Below are positions 54,171-63,137 of a stretch of 64,000 nucleotides of DNA, in pieces; the stretch's first letter is position 1, and the number at the start of each line of letters is the position of its first letter. The stretch lies in contig CAXXWQ010000004.1 of NCBI GenBank assembly GCA_963674945.2, positions 1,280,001 through 1,344,000 of the forward strand, given 5' to 3'. The DNA is from an uncultured Desulfosarcina sp. (GTDB lineage Bacteria; Desulfobacterota; Desulfobacteria; Desulfobacterales; Desulfosarcinaceae). The position numbers and the translations under genes are program-made. A model generated the notes under the pieces. It ran no database searches. It was not told the DNA's origin and worked only from the letters and a program-made list of their open reading frames with translations.

Positions 54171-55999
54171 TGGTTTTCTCCTTTTACGAAGCCGTCCGGA
54201 ATCCGGCTTTTTACGGGCATATCTTCATTTGGCATGGGCAGATGAATGGTCACGCGGGTCCCCTGGCCGGGCTGTCCATCAAAGGTCACCCGCCCGCCGA
54301 AAGGATAGAGCCGTTCCCGAATCCCCAGCAGGCCGAATGCATCCGGAGCGTTGATCTCGTCCGGGGTTATGCCGCGTCCATTGTCGGCAGCCTGAAAAAA
54401 GAGTTCGCCGTCGTGTTTTTCCAGTCGAACCACAACCTCACTGGCTCGGGCGTGGCGCATGATATTGGTCAGGATCTCCTGAAAGATACGAAACAGGGCG
54501 GTTGCCTGCGCCCGGGGCAAATCAGGCTCGAAGCCATTGTTCTCCAACCGGCAACGAATGCCGCTGCGCCGGGCAAACGCCTCGGCCTGCCATTCGATGG
54601 CCGCCGCCAGGCCGAAATCATCCAACATCACCGGTCTCAACTCAGCGGTGACCGCGTGCAGATTGTCCATGGCTGTTTCGATCACCTTTGCCATGGCTTT
54701 CATTTTCGCTTCCATATCGGTATCCAACGCGCGGGTATGCCTCTTGATCCATGACAGATCCATCTTGAGAATGGTCAAGGACTGCCCCAGCTGGTCATGA
54801 ATCTCACGGGCAATGCGAATGCGCTCTCGTTCGCGGACATCGTTTTGATAAACACTCAACCGGCGCAGCTGCTCCCTGGAACGCTTCAGTGAGGCCTTCA
54901 CCTGCTCCTCGCGTTCGATGCGCATCTGAAGCGATGCGGCCATTTCGTCAAATACGCCTGCCAGATGGTTGAGCTCGTCCCGAGCACCGATGTGACCGAT
55001 ACGCGACCGCAAGTCACCGGCGGCCAGACGGCGGCTGGCACGGACCATTGCCCCGACGCGTCTGAGGATTACCACGCTGGTGGCCCACCAGATGGCGAGA
55101 ACGGCCATGAGTGCCGACACGCCGAGCAGGGCCAGGTTGCGTACAAAAATGCGTTTGGATGCTGCCATGGCCAGCGATCGGGGAATTTCGAGGACGACGG
55201 CAATCCGGCGTGGCCGAAACGAACTTTCCAGGTGGGCGAAGGCATAGATTCGCCGCATCCCCGTTTCATCGGCCGCAACAAAAACGCCCGATGGTTGGTT
55301 GCCGATCTTCTGCAGTAGTGACGGATCCAATGACTGTACGGTGGACCACCGTGCCGTGTCCACCGTGTAGCGCAGCAACACCTGATTTTCATCCACCAGG
55401 GTCAGCCTGGAGCCAAGGGGCAGTTCAGCCAGCCGTCGAAAAAGACTGCGGTTCATCCGGTTCAGATCCAAAGCGGTGAAAACAACGGCCATGACCTCTT
55501 GTTGACTGTCAAGGATGGGGTTGGCGAAATAGAGTACCGGTGTTCCCTCAATACGCTCGCCCGAATACGGTCCCATGGCCGGCCTTTTTTGCTTTACGCT
55601 GGTGGAAAACCATGGCCTGCTTTCGTAATCGTGCGATATTGCCGACAAGGGGCTTCCGGCAATCAGCCTGCCTTCGGGATCGAGAACGCCAAATACCGCG
55701 TATCCCTCGGTTTGGCCACTCAGGTTTTGTAGAAACGAAGACACCTGTTCCGGCTGACCTTCGGCCATTGCAAAGGCCCCGGTCAGGGCAGCCATCAACT
55801 CCCGTGTTGCCTCGATCTGAGAGTTTTCCGAATTGGCCGCCGCCTGTGCCATCAGTCTGGTTCTATGTAAAATGGCGTCTTTCTCGATTGCCTTCTGTTC
55901 TTCGGTAACATAGACGATAAGCACCGCCACAGGAATGAAGGCGACCAAAATTAGCAGATACAATCGCGTTTTCAGGCTGATACCGTCAAATTGTTCCAT
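54167..55999 (-). CDS. Cache/HAMP HisKA_3 sensor kinase
   Basis: two TM segments, HAMP, ERIRIAREIHDQLGQ, QEILTNIMRH, DNGRG, FGLLGIRER. Confidence 0.92.
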   Translation of the reverse strand: MEQFDGISLKTRLYLLILVAFIPVAVLIVYVTEEQKAIEKDAILHRTRLMAQAAANSENSQIEATRELMAALTGAFAMAEGQPEQVSSFLQNLSGQTEGYAVFGVLDPEGRLIAGSPLSAISHDYESRPWFSTSVKQKRPAMGPYSGERIEGTPVLYFANPILDSQQEVMAVVFTALDLNRMNRSLFRRLAELPLGSRLTLVDENQVLLRYTVDTARWSTVQSLDPSLLQKIGNQPSGVFVAADETGMRRIYAFAHLESSFRPRRIAVVLEIPRSLAMAASKRIFVRNLALLGVSALMAVLAIWWATSVVILRRVGAMVRASRRLAAGDLRSRIGHIGARDELNHLAGVFDEMAASLQMRIEREEQVKASLKRSREQLRRLSVYQNDVRERERIRIAREIHDQLGQSLTILKMDLSWIKRHTRALDTDMEAKMKAMAKVIETAMDNLHAVTAELRPVMLDDFGLAAAIEWQAEAFARRSGIRCRLENNGFEPDLPRAQATALFRIFQEILTNIMRHARASEVVVRLEKHDGELFFQAADNGRGITPDEINAPDAFGLLGIRERLYPFGGRVTFDGQPGQGTRVTIHLPMPNEDMPVKSRIPDGFVKGENQ

Positions 56000-56157
56000 G
56001 GGAAGCCCAATGCAGTGCTAAAGGTGGTGGATAAATTATCCATGATTCGACTCTTTCAACGTATACCGCCGAACCAGTATCCAATGCAACCAACACATCG
56101 GTTTCAGTGGGTCCTTACCTGTCGAATGGATCCACAATTTTCTATCACCGGAGTTTT

Positions 56158-57249
56158 TCAACGATGTTCTTTATCTTTTTTTGTCAATGAGTGCCCAAAT
56201 TGTATTGAAGGCTTTTCCAGGCAAACGTATATAGCGGAAGAGACAAGAACAGTGATGAGAAGTACGACTGTCATATAGACAGAAAGGTGGTAACCGTTTC
56301 TCATACTTGCGGACTGTGCCATTTTTATCACTGCTTCCATAACGATGGGGTGGAACAAATAGACCGAATAGCTGATTGCCCCCAGCCACAAGAAAAAAAC
56401 GGGGACTCTTTTAACACACAATCCGGACACAACGAACATGCACCAAGCCACGGTGTGTGCCACGCCGAACTGAAACGGACGATCTGACAAATTCACACCA
56501 AATTTTGAAAACAGGTAAACTCCGATCGGAAATCCGAAACAGACGCATGTCGCAATGACAACCTGTCTTCTCGATTTTACATTCAATTCTTTGTTCTCAT
56601 ACACATTTCGATACAAGGCGCCCAGAAACATGATACTCAGAATATAGGGAGAATACATGATCTCTTTGTCGACACCGGCGAAGAGATCGCTGGCTCTGTT
56701 CACCCCCTGGGACAAGACGAATAAGAGAAAACAGAAAAGGCTCCACGAAAAAAGTGATTCGTGTTTATCCAGATGACCATAATAAAAAATGACTGCGCAC
56801 AAAATATAGAAAACGAGTTCTACCTGGAGCGTCCAATACAATCCGATTAAATGAGGTTCTCCGAATAGCCGTTGCATCATTGTGGTATTGGCTGCCACTT
56901 CAATGACGCCGATATGATCTCCCCAGATGTAACCGATTCCAACAACCACAAGAATCGACAGCCAATATACCGGGTAGAGTCTAAAAAACCTTCGAATTGC
57001 AAAGCGTTTGATGGCACCATCCGTGTGACTTTGCAGACTGAATGGAATGACAAAGCCGCTAATCAGGAAAAAGCAAATGATGCCGACCCGGCCGAAATCG
57101 ATACGGTTTGCCAGATCGAATAACAACGTGCCTTTATCGGCGACACCGGGCAACTGGACAAATCGTTCCGATGTGTGCTGCCATGCGACAAGAAGTGCTG
57201 AGATTCCGCGCAATGCATCGATGTGAGCCATCCGCTGAGATCTGTGCAT
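56158..57249 (-). CDS. acyltransferase family 3 (OafA-like)
   Basis: IDALRG, FFLISGF, RRFFRLYP, WTLQVE, GAISYSVYLFH, EKP. Confidence 0.9.
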   Translation of the reverse strand: MHRSQRMAHIDALRGISALLVAWQHTSERFVQLPGVADKGTLLFDLANRIDFGRVGIICFFLISGFVIPFSLQSHTDGAIKRFAIRRFFRLYPVYWLSILVVVGIGYIWGDHIGVIEVAANTTMMQRLFGEPHLIGLYWTLQVELVFYILCAVIFYYGHLDKHESLFSWSLFCFLLFVLSQGVNRASDLFAGVDKEIMYSPYILSIMFLGALYRNVYENKELNVKSRRQVVIATCVCFGFPIGVYLFSKFGVNLSDRPFQFGVAHTVAWCMFVVSGLCVKRVPVFFLWLGAISYSVYLFHPIVMEAVIKMAQSASMRNGYHLSVYMTVVLLITVLVSSAIYVCLEKPSIQFGHSLTKKDKEHR

Positions 57250-57271
57250 ATGAAAACATTTCTATCATCGT

Positions 57272-57988
57272 TCAGAATAGCGGGGCGATAAAACACCCGC
57301 CACCACCCCCGGAGCTTTCTCCGGCTGCCTGGGTGGAGAAGGTTCCCGAGCCATCTCCGCTGCTCCAGACACCCGATATCTCCCCGGATGTGGTGACCTG
57401 GCCCTTGGCGCCGGTATCGCTGTGGCTGATGGCGATAATATTTCCCCGGCTGTCCACCATCCCCATGTAAATCGAGTCCGTTTCATCAACACCGTTGATT
57501 TTAAATTCCCCGCTGAACTGGCCGTCGGAAGTGATTTGAGCATCACACGTACCGGTGTAATCACCGTTGATGTAGAGACTGTAATGGCCGACATAAGGAT
57601 CTATGCTTCCGGTATCCTGTTCTCCGCGAACGGTTCCCTCATAGCCCAGGTAAGACCATGTGCCGCTGACAATACCCGCTTCCAAGATCGATCCTTCCAC
57701 CCACATTCCACAAGCGGAGGTAAAGGCAAAATTGCCGCTGTCATCCACCGTGGCCCATCCCGCCACATAATCGACAACCCGTTCCCGTTCGGACCAGATA
57801 AGGCCATAAAGACGGCCCCGTGAATCAACCTGCGTGATGGCGATACCACTGATGTCACCATTGAAAGTACAGGTATAGGCACCGGCAAAGTCCTCCGGTG
57901 CTGCGGCGGCATTTGTAAAAAGACCATTGAGAAGAATGAGTGACAGGATCATAATGGATGCAACTGCAACGGTACGTCGTCGACACAT
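57272..57988 (-). CDS. exported repeat protein with a C-terminal GGGGGCFI (CFI-box-CTERM-like) tail
   Basis: signal peptide, two similar beta-rich halves, ends SSGGGGGCFIAPLF. Confidence 0.75.
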   Translation of the reverse strand: MCRRRTVAVASIMILSLILLNGLFTNAAAAPEDFAGAYTCTFNGDISGIAITQVDSRGRLYGLIWSERERVVDYVAGWATVDDSGNFAFTSACGMWVEGSILEAGIVSGTWSYLGYEGTVRGEQDTGSIDPYVGHYSLYINGDYTGTCDAQITSDGQFSGEFKINGVDETDSIYMGMVDSRGNIIAISHSDTGAKGQVTTSGEISGVWSSGDGSGTFSTQAAGESSGGGGGCFIAPLF

Positions 57989-58222
57989 ATCGCCCTCCAA
58001 TCAAAAATGCTGACGGTCTGCAAAATGGAATCTGCCGGAACGGGACTTCAAGTCCATGACAGTCGGAAAGTGTACATTGGGCTAATACCACTTAATGGGA
58101 CCGGAGTCTATACGGTGTGTTGACTGGAAGCAAAAACGGCGTGGAGAAATAATTTTCTGCGGCATGCAGCGCCGATCGACGACAGCGATCGATGAAGATG
58201 TGTGATGATTTGAGGATTGAGG

Positions 58223-58271
58223 TGGAGGCGGCAACCAGATTCGAACTGGTGAATGGAGGTTTTGCAGACCT
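58223..58271 (-). tRNA. 3' half of tRNA-Cys(GCA), an att-site duplication and not a complete tRNA
   Basis: minus strand AGGTCT-GCA-AAACCTCCATTCACCAGTTCGAATCTGGTTGCCGCCTCCA gives anticodon arm, T arm and CCA; the 5' acceptor strand and D arm are absent. Confidence 0.88.
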
Positions 58272-58658
58272 TTATTGACAGCCTGTAAGGGGTTGTTTTT
58301 TCAAGCTGTTTTTATCTCCAGAATTTTGCCTGTTGTGGATTTTGATGGGACTTGGTCAAGAGCTTTCACGGCGTTCAATTTATGGTCCGGCGATGGGTGT
58401 TGATACCGCATGGCCATCATTGTTGTCTTGTGCCCCATTATTTCCATTATGGTCTTCAAGTCTGCCCCTGCCATACCAAGTCTGCTTCCGAATGTGTGGC
58501 GTAGGTCATGAAACCGGAAACGGACTGTTTTATTCCCTTCCTTTCTTGTCAATTTGGCCTCTTTTACGGCATACCAAAAGGCATTCGTCAACTGGGTAAG
58601 TTTCCTACCTTTCGAAGTGCAAAACACATAATCGGATTCACTGACATCTAAACGTCTT

Positions 58659-60314
58659 CCTGTTTCCGTGGCACAAAACCTGATTAAAACACTATAACCA
58701 ATTGATAAAACATATATATTATGGTAATATTAGGGCACTAAACGCTCACTTCGGAGGTGAAATCAATGCGGCGTCCGATCACCATAAAACACGAGATGGA
58801 AAAACTTGCCAGTCATAGCGGATTGATCAATATCGGCGCATTACTTGATGCGATAAATTTCAGGTTCCGTTTCGAAAAGATCAACGGCGTCCATTGTGTA
58901 GACCCGAAAATTTCTCATGGTGACATTTTAGCTTCGATGATTGCTCTCATGAGTATTGGTAAACCTGATTACGATGCGATCGAGATTTTTCGTGAGAAGC
59001 AAGAATTTTTCAACAAGGCCATTGGCAATCGTGCATGCCCGTCAAGCCCGACATTGCGTCAGCGAATCGATTTGATCGGCAACCAAGCCGATAAGCTGAT
59101 TAAGGATGCAGGCGTTGATTTGGTTCGATCCTGCGCTCCGGCGATTTCACCCATCCAAACCAGTGCGGGTGATTTCCTTCCTTTGGATATGGATGTGAGT
59201 CCGTTTGACAACTCAAAGACTCAAAAGGAAGGCGTTTCCAGAACCTACAAAGGCACGGATGGCTTCGCTCCGATCTTTGCCTACCTGGGCACCGAGGGGT
59301 ATCTGGTGAATCTTGAGTTCAGAGAAGGAAAACAACACTGCCAGAAAAACACCCCCGAATTTATCAACGCCACCTTGGATTATGCCAGGCAAATTACCGA
59401 TCAGCCTATTTTGATGAGGTTGGATTCAGGAAACGACAGTCAAGACAACTTTCCTGACGATTCACGAAAGAATGTCCACTTTATCATCAAACGCAATTTG
59501 CGTAGAGAATCTGTTCAAAAGTGGGTTGATCTGGCAAAAAAATCCGGCAAGCAACAGCATTGCCGCTCAGGAAAATGTGTATGGATCGGAAAGACGATTG
59601 AAGACATCAACGGCAATCCATTGCGCTACCCAATCATCTTTGAGGTTACCGAAAGGCATACCAAAAAGGGCCAAGTACTGCTGTTCCCCGAGTATCAGAT
59701 CGATACCTATTGGTGCAGCCTCGCACAGTTGCCACCGGATGAGGTGATTCGACTTTATCACGATCACGGTACCAGCGAGCAGTTTCACTCCGAACTCAAA
59801 TCCGACATGGGCCTGGAGCGCTTGCCGAGCGGTCATTTTTCCACCAATAGCTTGATTCTTCATTTGGCGATGCTGACGTACAACATGCTACGGATTATCG
59901 GACAAATCAGCATCGAAGAGAGTGATCCGACTGAATTGCCCGGTATACGCCGGAAGAAAGTTACCCGGCGTCGAATCCGGACAGTCATGCAGGACTTGAT
60001 GTATATGGCCGGTCGATTAGTAACCAGAAGTAGAAAATGGTACATATCCTTTGGCCAACTCAATCCATTTTCCAAACTGATGGATCGGATTTATCTTCGT
60101 CTGAATTTGCTTTCCGCTATGAAGTAGCTATAATTTTTAAAAGAACAATTTTACAGGCATTTGCTTGGTGATTTGCTATGGCTAAAGAATGAGAAACAGG
60201 AGCAAAATTCCTTCGAAATTTGAAAATAGTGAGAAAAATTATCAACAAATGATGGTGTGTGAGGCAATCGCCCCGCGCCAATCCTAACAGCAAAAATTAG
60301 GCCACTGATTCAGG
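58659..60314 (+). mobile_element. IS1380-family insertion sequence (1656 bp)
   Basis: imperfect IRs CCTGTTTCCGTGGC / GCCACTGATTCAGG (11 of 14 match); 5-bp target duplication GTCTT at 58654-58658 and 60315-60319. Confidence 0.9.
58757..60127 (+). CDS. IS1380-family DDE transposase
   Basis: LDMD, RLDSG, YHDHGTSEQFHSELK, LPSGHFSTN motifs. Confidence 0.9.
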   Translation: MKSMRRPITIKHEMEKLASHSGLINIGALLDAINFRFRFEKINGVHCVDPKISHGDILASMIALMSIGKPDYDAIEIFREKQEFFNKAIGNRACPSSPTLRQRIDLIGNQADKLIKDAGVDLVRSCAPAISPIQTSAGDFLPLDMDVSPFDNSKTQKEGVSRTYKGTDGFAPIFAYLGTEGYLVNLEFREGKQHCQKNTPEFINATLDYARQITDQPILMRLDSGNDSQDNFPDDSRKNVHFIIKRNLRRESVQKWVDLAKKSGKQQHCRSGKCVWIGKTIEDINGNPLRYPIIFEVTERHTKKGQVLLFPEYQIDTYWCSLAQLPPDEVIRLYHDHGTSEQFHSELKSDMGLERLPSGHFSTNSLILHLAMLTYNMLRIIGQISIEESDPTELPGIRRKKVTRRRIRTVMQDLMYMAGRLVTRSRKWYISFGQLNPFSKLMDRIYLRLNLLSAMK

Positions 60315-61150
60315 GTCTTTGTAAAACCTCCTTCAGCGTATCATTTAAAGGGACTTTTCTATTTTCGTGATTTTTGGTATCGGTGGCCAGCAAAAACCTA
60401 CCAGAGAGGTTTACATGGGCCTTCTTGAGATTGAATATTTCCGCTTGCCGTAGGCCGCTGTGAAGAGCCACCATTACCAAATCTCTCAAATATTTCTTTT
60501 TACCTCGTTGTGGGCTTTTTGCGCATTGATCAAGAAACCGTTTTTCCTGCCCCGGTGTCAATACCCACATCTTTTCATTATCTTCTTTCAGCAGCTTCAC
60601 ACCAGAAATAGGATTCGATCTTAAATATCCCCACTGAACGGCCATGTTCAGCATATTTCGAAGTGTGGCCACGTCCCTATTAATTGTTGCCGGAGCCTTC
60701 CCATCATCCCTTCTGAACTTCTTGTACCGCTCGACATCCAACGAGTAAATCGATGTCAAGAGCTTCCCCTTGAAATGAGGCGTCAACATGGTTATCGATT
60801 CCCCATTTCGCCTGGATGAGTTTGGCTTTTTATTCACCTTTGCATGTTCAAGGTATTTTTCGGCAAAGGTTTCAAATAAAATCCGTTTTGCCTTCTGTTG
60901 ATGCTTTCCTTCTTTAACTTCGGTCCTGAATTTACGATCCTCCTCTTTCGCAAAGGTTTTACTGACTTCCCCATGCGCTTTGGTGTACCTCCCTCCATTG
61001 TACCAAAAATCAGAATACCAGCTGTTACCACGTCTATACATGCTGCCTCCTTTTTTTCTAACGCCTGCCGCCCCAGGCGACCGCCTTGTAGGTTTGAACA
61101 CCCTGTAACTATGTATCAAAGAATTGTTTGGGAAGGACGGTGACTTATTT

Positions 61151-61218
61151 GATGAACGAACTTCTCACCGAGTTCTGGCCGCGGAGTGACCAGAAACCGG
61201 TGAAGAAGCAGGTTATCT
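61151..61218 (-). other. attC site of cassette 2 (68 bp)
   Basis: minus strand AGATAAC-CTGCT-TCTTCACC-GGTTTCTGG...CCAGAACTC-GGTGAGA-AGTTC-GTTCATC. Confidence 0.85.
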
Positions 61219-61947
61219 TTGGTTTTGTTTATTGTAAACTTTCATCATTGGAACGATAGTTTTTTCAATATATTTTTCTATTGCCGATGTCATTTCTGCA
61301 TCTGAGTATTTTTGTTTAATTTTGAAAATTTCATACCTACATGAGATGAAATTCAAAATATTGATACCCCATGAGAGGTCCTTGATGAATTTTACCAATC
61401 CTTTTTCCATATCATTGAAAATTTTCTTTTGACTTACTTTGACCCCAAATTGGAAGCTATCATTAAATTTTTGGCTTTGATCTTTAAAAAAATCTTGTTT
61501 TTGTAGGATTTCACCTGTTTTTTTACTTAGTGCTTCAGTATATGAAATTTTACTTAGCTTGTAGGCAACAATCGGTTTAACATTTGACAATTCAAGTATC
61601 GAATTACCAAAGTTTTGTTTAAAGGTTTCATCCACTTCGCGCGTAATTGGTTCAATTATAGAAGTTAAAAATTGAAGACAAAACTGATTCAAGGTGGATT
61701 CATCAACGCTCATTAATTCTTTCAATTTAGGATGTTCTTTCAAACGATTTGAGTATATAGCAATGAAGCTGTCAATATTTTTCAGGACAGAAGTTACGTG
61801 AAGAAGTTTTACAAGATAAAAAATTGATTGGTTAATAATTCTAATTTTTTGATACCGCTCTTTAAGAATAAAACCGGCCCCATTAAGTACCGAACCAACA
61901 AATAAGCCAAGCATACCAATTATTGCAGCTATGATTGTTGTATCCAT
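61213..61947 (-). CDS. hypothetical cassette protein with an N-terminal TM helix
   Basis: 244 aa, AT-rich; stop codon lies inside the attC R'' box. Confidence 0.8.
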   Translation of the reverse strand: MDTTIIAAIIGMLGLFVGSVLNGAGFILKERYQKIRIINQSIFYLVKLLHVTSVLKNIDSFIAIYSNRLKEHPKLKELMSVDESTLNQFCLQFLTSIIEPITREVDETFKQNFGNSILELSNVKPIVAYKLSKISYTEALSKKTGEILQKQDFFKDQSQKFNDSFQFGVKVSQKKIFNDMEKGLVKFIKDLSWGINILNFISCRYEIFKIKQKYSDAEMTSAIEKYIEKTIVPMMKVYNKQNQR

Positions 61948-61967
61948 TTTAATAATACCTGCTGAAG

Positions 61968-62098
61968 AGATAACGCTTCATTTCACCAGGGCGCAGGCAG
62001 GGAATATTAAGAGCTTTTGATAAAGATAAAGCTTTGATAAATCTATGCACTCCAAAAATGCCATGACCCCTGCGCTCTGGTGGAAATGGTGGTTGGGT
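61968..62098 (-). other. attC site of cassette 1 (131 bp)
   Basis: minus strand ACCCAAC-CACCA-TTTCCACC-AGAGCGCAGG...CCTGCGCCCT-GGTGAAA-TGAAGC-GTTATCT. Confidence 0.88.
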
Positions 62099-62113
62099 GA
62101 TGAATCATTATCA

Positions 62114-62797
62114 TTAAGACTCAAAGTTATTTCCTTTGCCGAGATTACATGCAGAACATTTTGTTTCAAGATTTTCCGGAACGGTTTCGCCACCTTTAGA
62201 CCATGGCACAATATGATCTACATGTAATTCAACTCCTGGTGAATTTAGTGGACTTGCCCCACACTTACGGCATGTGAAACCATCTCGCATAAGAATTCTA
62301 AAACGCAAGCGAAGTGAAATATTTCGTGACGTGCGCTTACGTGGTGGTGTTTTCTTTTCGAATTGTTGATCGACACTATTATCAGGGCTATCACCAGTTT
62401 CAATGTCTTGGTTGATATATTCTACAAAATTATTGAGTGCTTTTCGCCAGCTTCCGAATTTGCTCAGGTATGGCGTAATGGAGCAGTCTGAAATCGGAGG
62501 CTTCATATCTTTTGCTTTAGGTTGGCGACCAAGAGTTATCCAGACTTTCTCAAGGTTTTGAAAAAGATCTTTCTCAGACAGGTTAAAAACCATTCCTTTT
62601 TTTAGACCAGCCTTTTCTATGGTCTTGTTCCAAGAACCGAAACGCTTCATTAATGTATCTGGATGAAACTTACCGTGCTTTCCATACTCTGAGACAGATA
62701 CCGTATCCTTTCCCAGTTTTAAAGCGACCCTATTAAGGTCGGAAATCATTTCCTCAGAAGGGGTATCTCTATGATAAGTTTTCAATTCAAACTTCAT
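62114..62797 (-). CDS. HNH endonuclease with two N-terminal homing-endonuclease-associated-type repeats
   Basis: two (R/K)FGSW repeats; LMRDGFTCRKCG...LHVDHIVPWSKGG...NLETKCSACNLGK. Confidence 0.88.
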   Translation of the reverse strand: MKFELKTYHRDTPSEEMISDLNRVALKLGKDTVSVSEYGKHGKFHPDTLMKRFGSWNKTIEKAGLKKGMVFNLSEKDLFQNLEKVWITLGRQPKAKDMKPPISDCSITPYLSKFGSWRKALNNFVEYINQDIETGDSPDNSVDQQFEKKTPPRKRTSRNISLRLRFRILMRDGFTCRKCGASPLNSPGVELHVDHIVPWSKGGETVPENLETKCSACNLGKGNNFES

Positions 62798-62827
62798 TAT
62801 ATTACGATCATTCCATTTTTTCTGAAC

Positions 62828-62900
62828 ACCCAACATTAATATTCTATAGACGTCTATTTTACGTCCAATATGGGGATGATATCTTGACGTCTTGATAACA
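62828..62900 (-). other. attI-like first recombination site
   Basis: GTTGGGT at 62834-62828 with no attC arm upstream; preceded by three GACGT motifs (including the palindrome ATAGACGTCTAT) and a GTTATC. Confidence 0.55.
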
Positions 62901-62988
62901 CCCTGAATATGGGCAAAAAATAGAAGATTTCACTTTGCTACGTATTTGGAACCGGTTCTTTTTCAGGAAATGATGATTGGAGATTCAA

Positions 62989-63017
62989 AGAATATCCAAA
63001 GGTATTAAATCTGTCAA
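62989..63017 (-). promoter_or_regulatory. sigma70 promoter facing the cassettes (Pc-like)
   Basis: TTGACA-17 bp-TATTCT on the minus strand. Confidence 0.65.
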
Positions 63018-63097
63018 TCACCGGCTGGTCACAGTACGAACTCTCCAGGACTAAACACCTAAAAATGGCCCGTTATCAAAGGACCACCTCTTTGATG

Positions 63098-63122
63098 ATG
63101 GGGTGGTAAAACACCACCCCAT
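63098..63122 (-). terminator. hairpin downstream of the 63138-63494 ORF
   Basis: ATGGGGTGGT-AAAAC-ACCACCCCAT perfect 10-bp stem. Confidence 0.55.
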
Positions 63123-63137
63123 ACTACCGTTGTCGGA

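Larger units (their letters stand above)
58301..61041 (-). pseudogene. phage-type tyrosine integrase split by IS1380
   Basis: removing 58659-60319 restores one frame (EVLQR|RLDVSESDYVF, 359 aa) with HSGLR, FHDLRHT, MGH and RY catalytic motifs. Confidence 0.92.

Noticed and set aside
58223..58271. functional tRNA-Cys gene
   Set aside because: The 5' acceptor strand and D arm are missing, so it is an att duplication.
58301..61041. integrase as an integron integrase IntI
   Set aside because: It has a phage-type arm-binding N-terminus, no IntI-specific insertion before HxLRH, and is co-oriented downstream of the cassettes.
61978..62211. 77-aa ORF between the cassette genes
   Set aside because: It overlaps the HNH gene end and the attC, so it is probably spurious.
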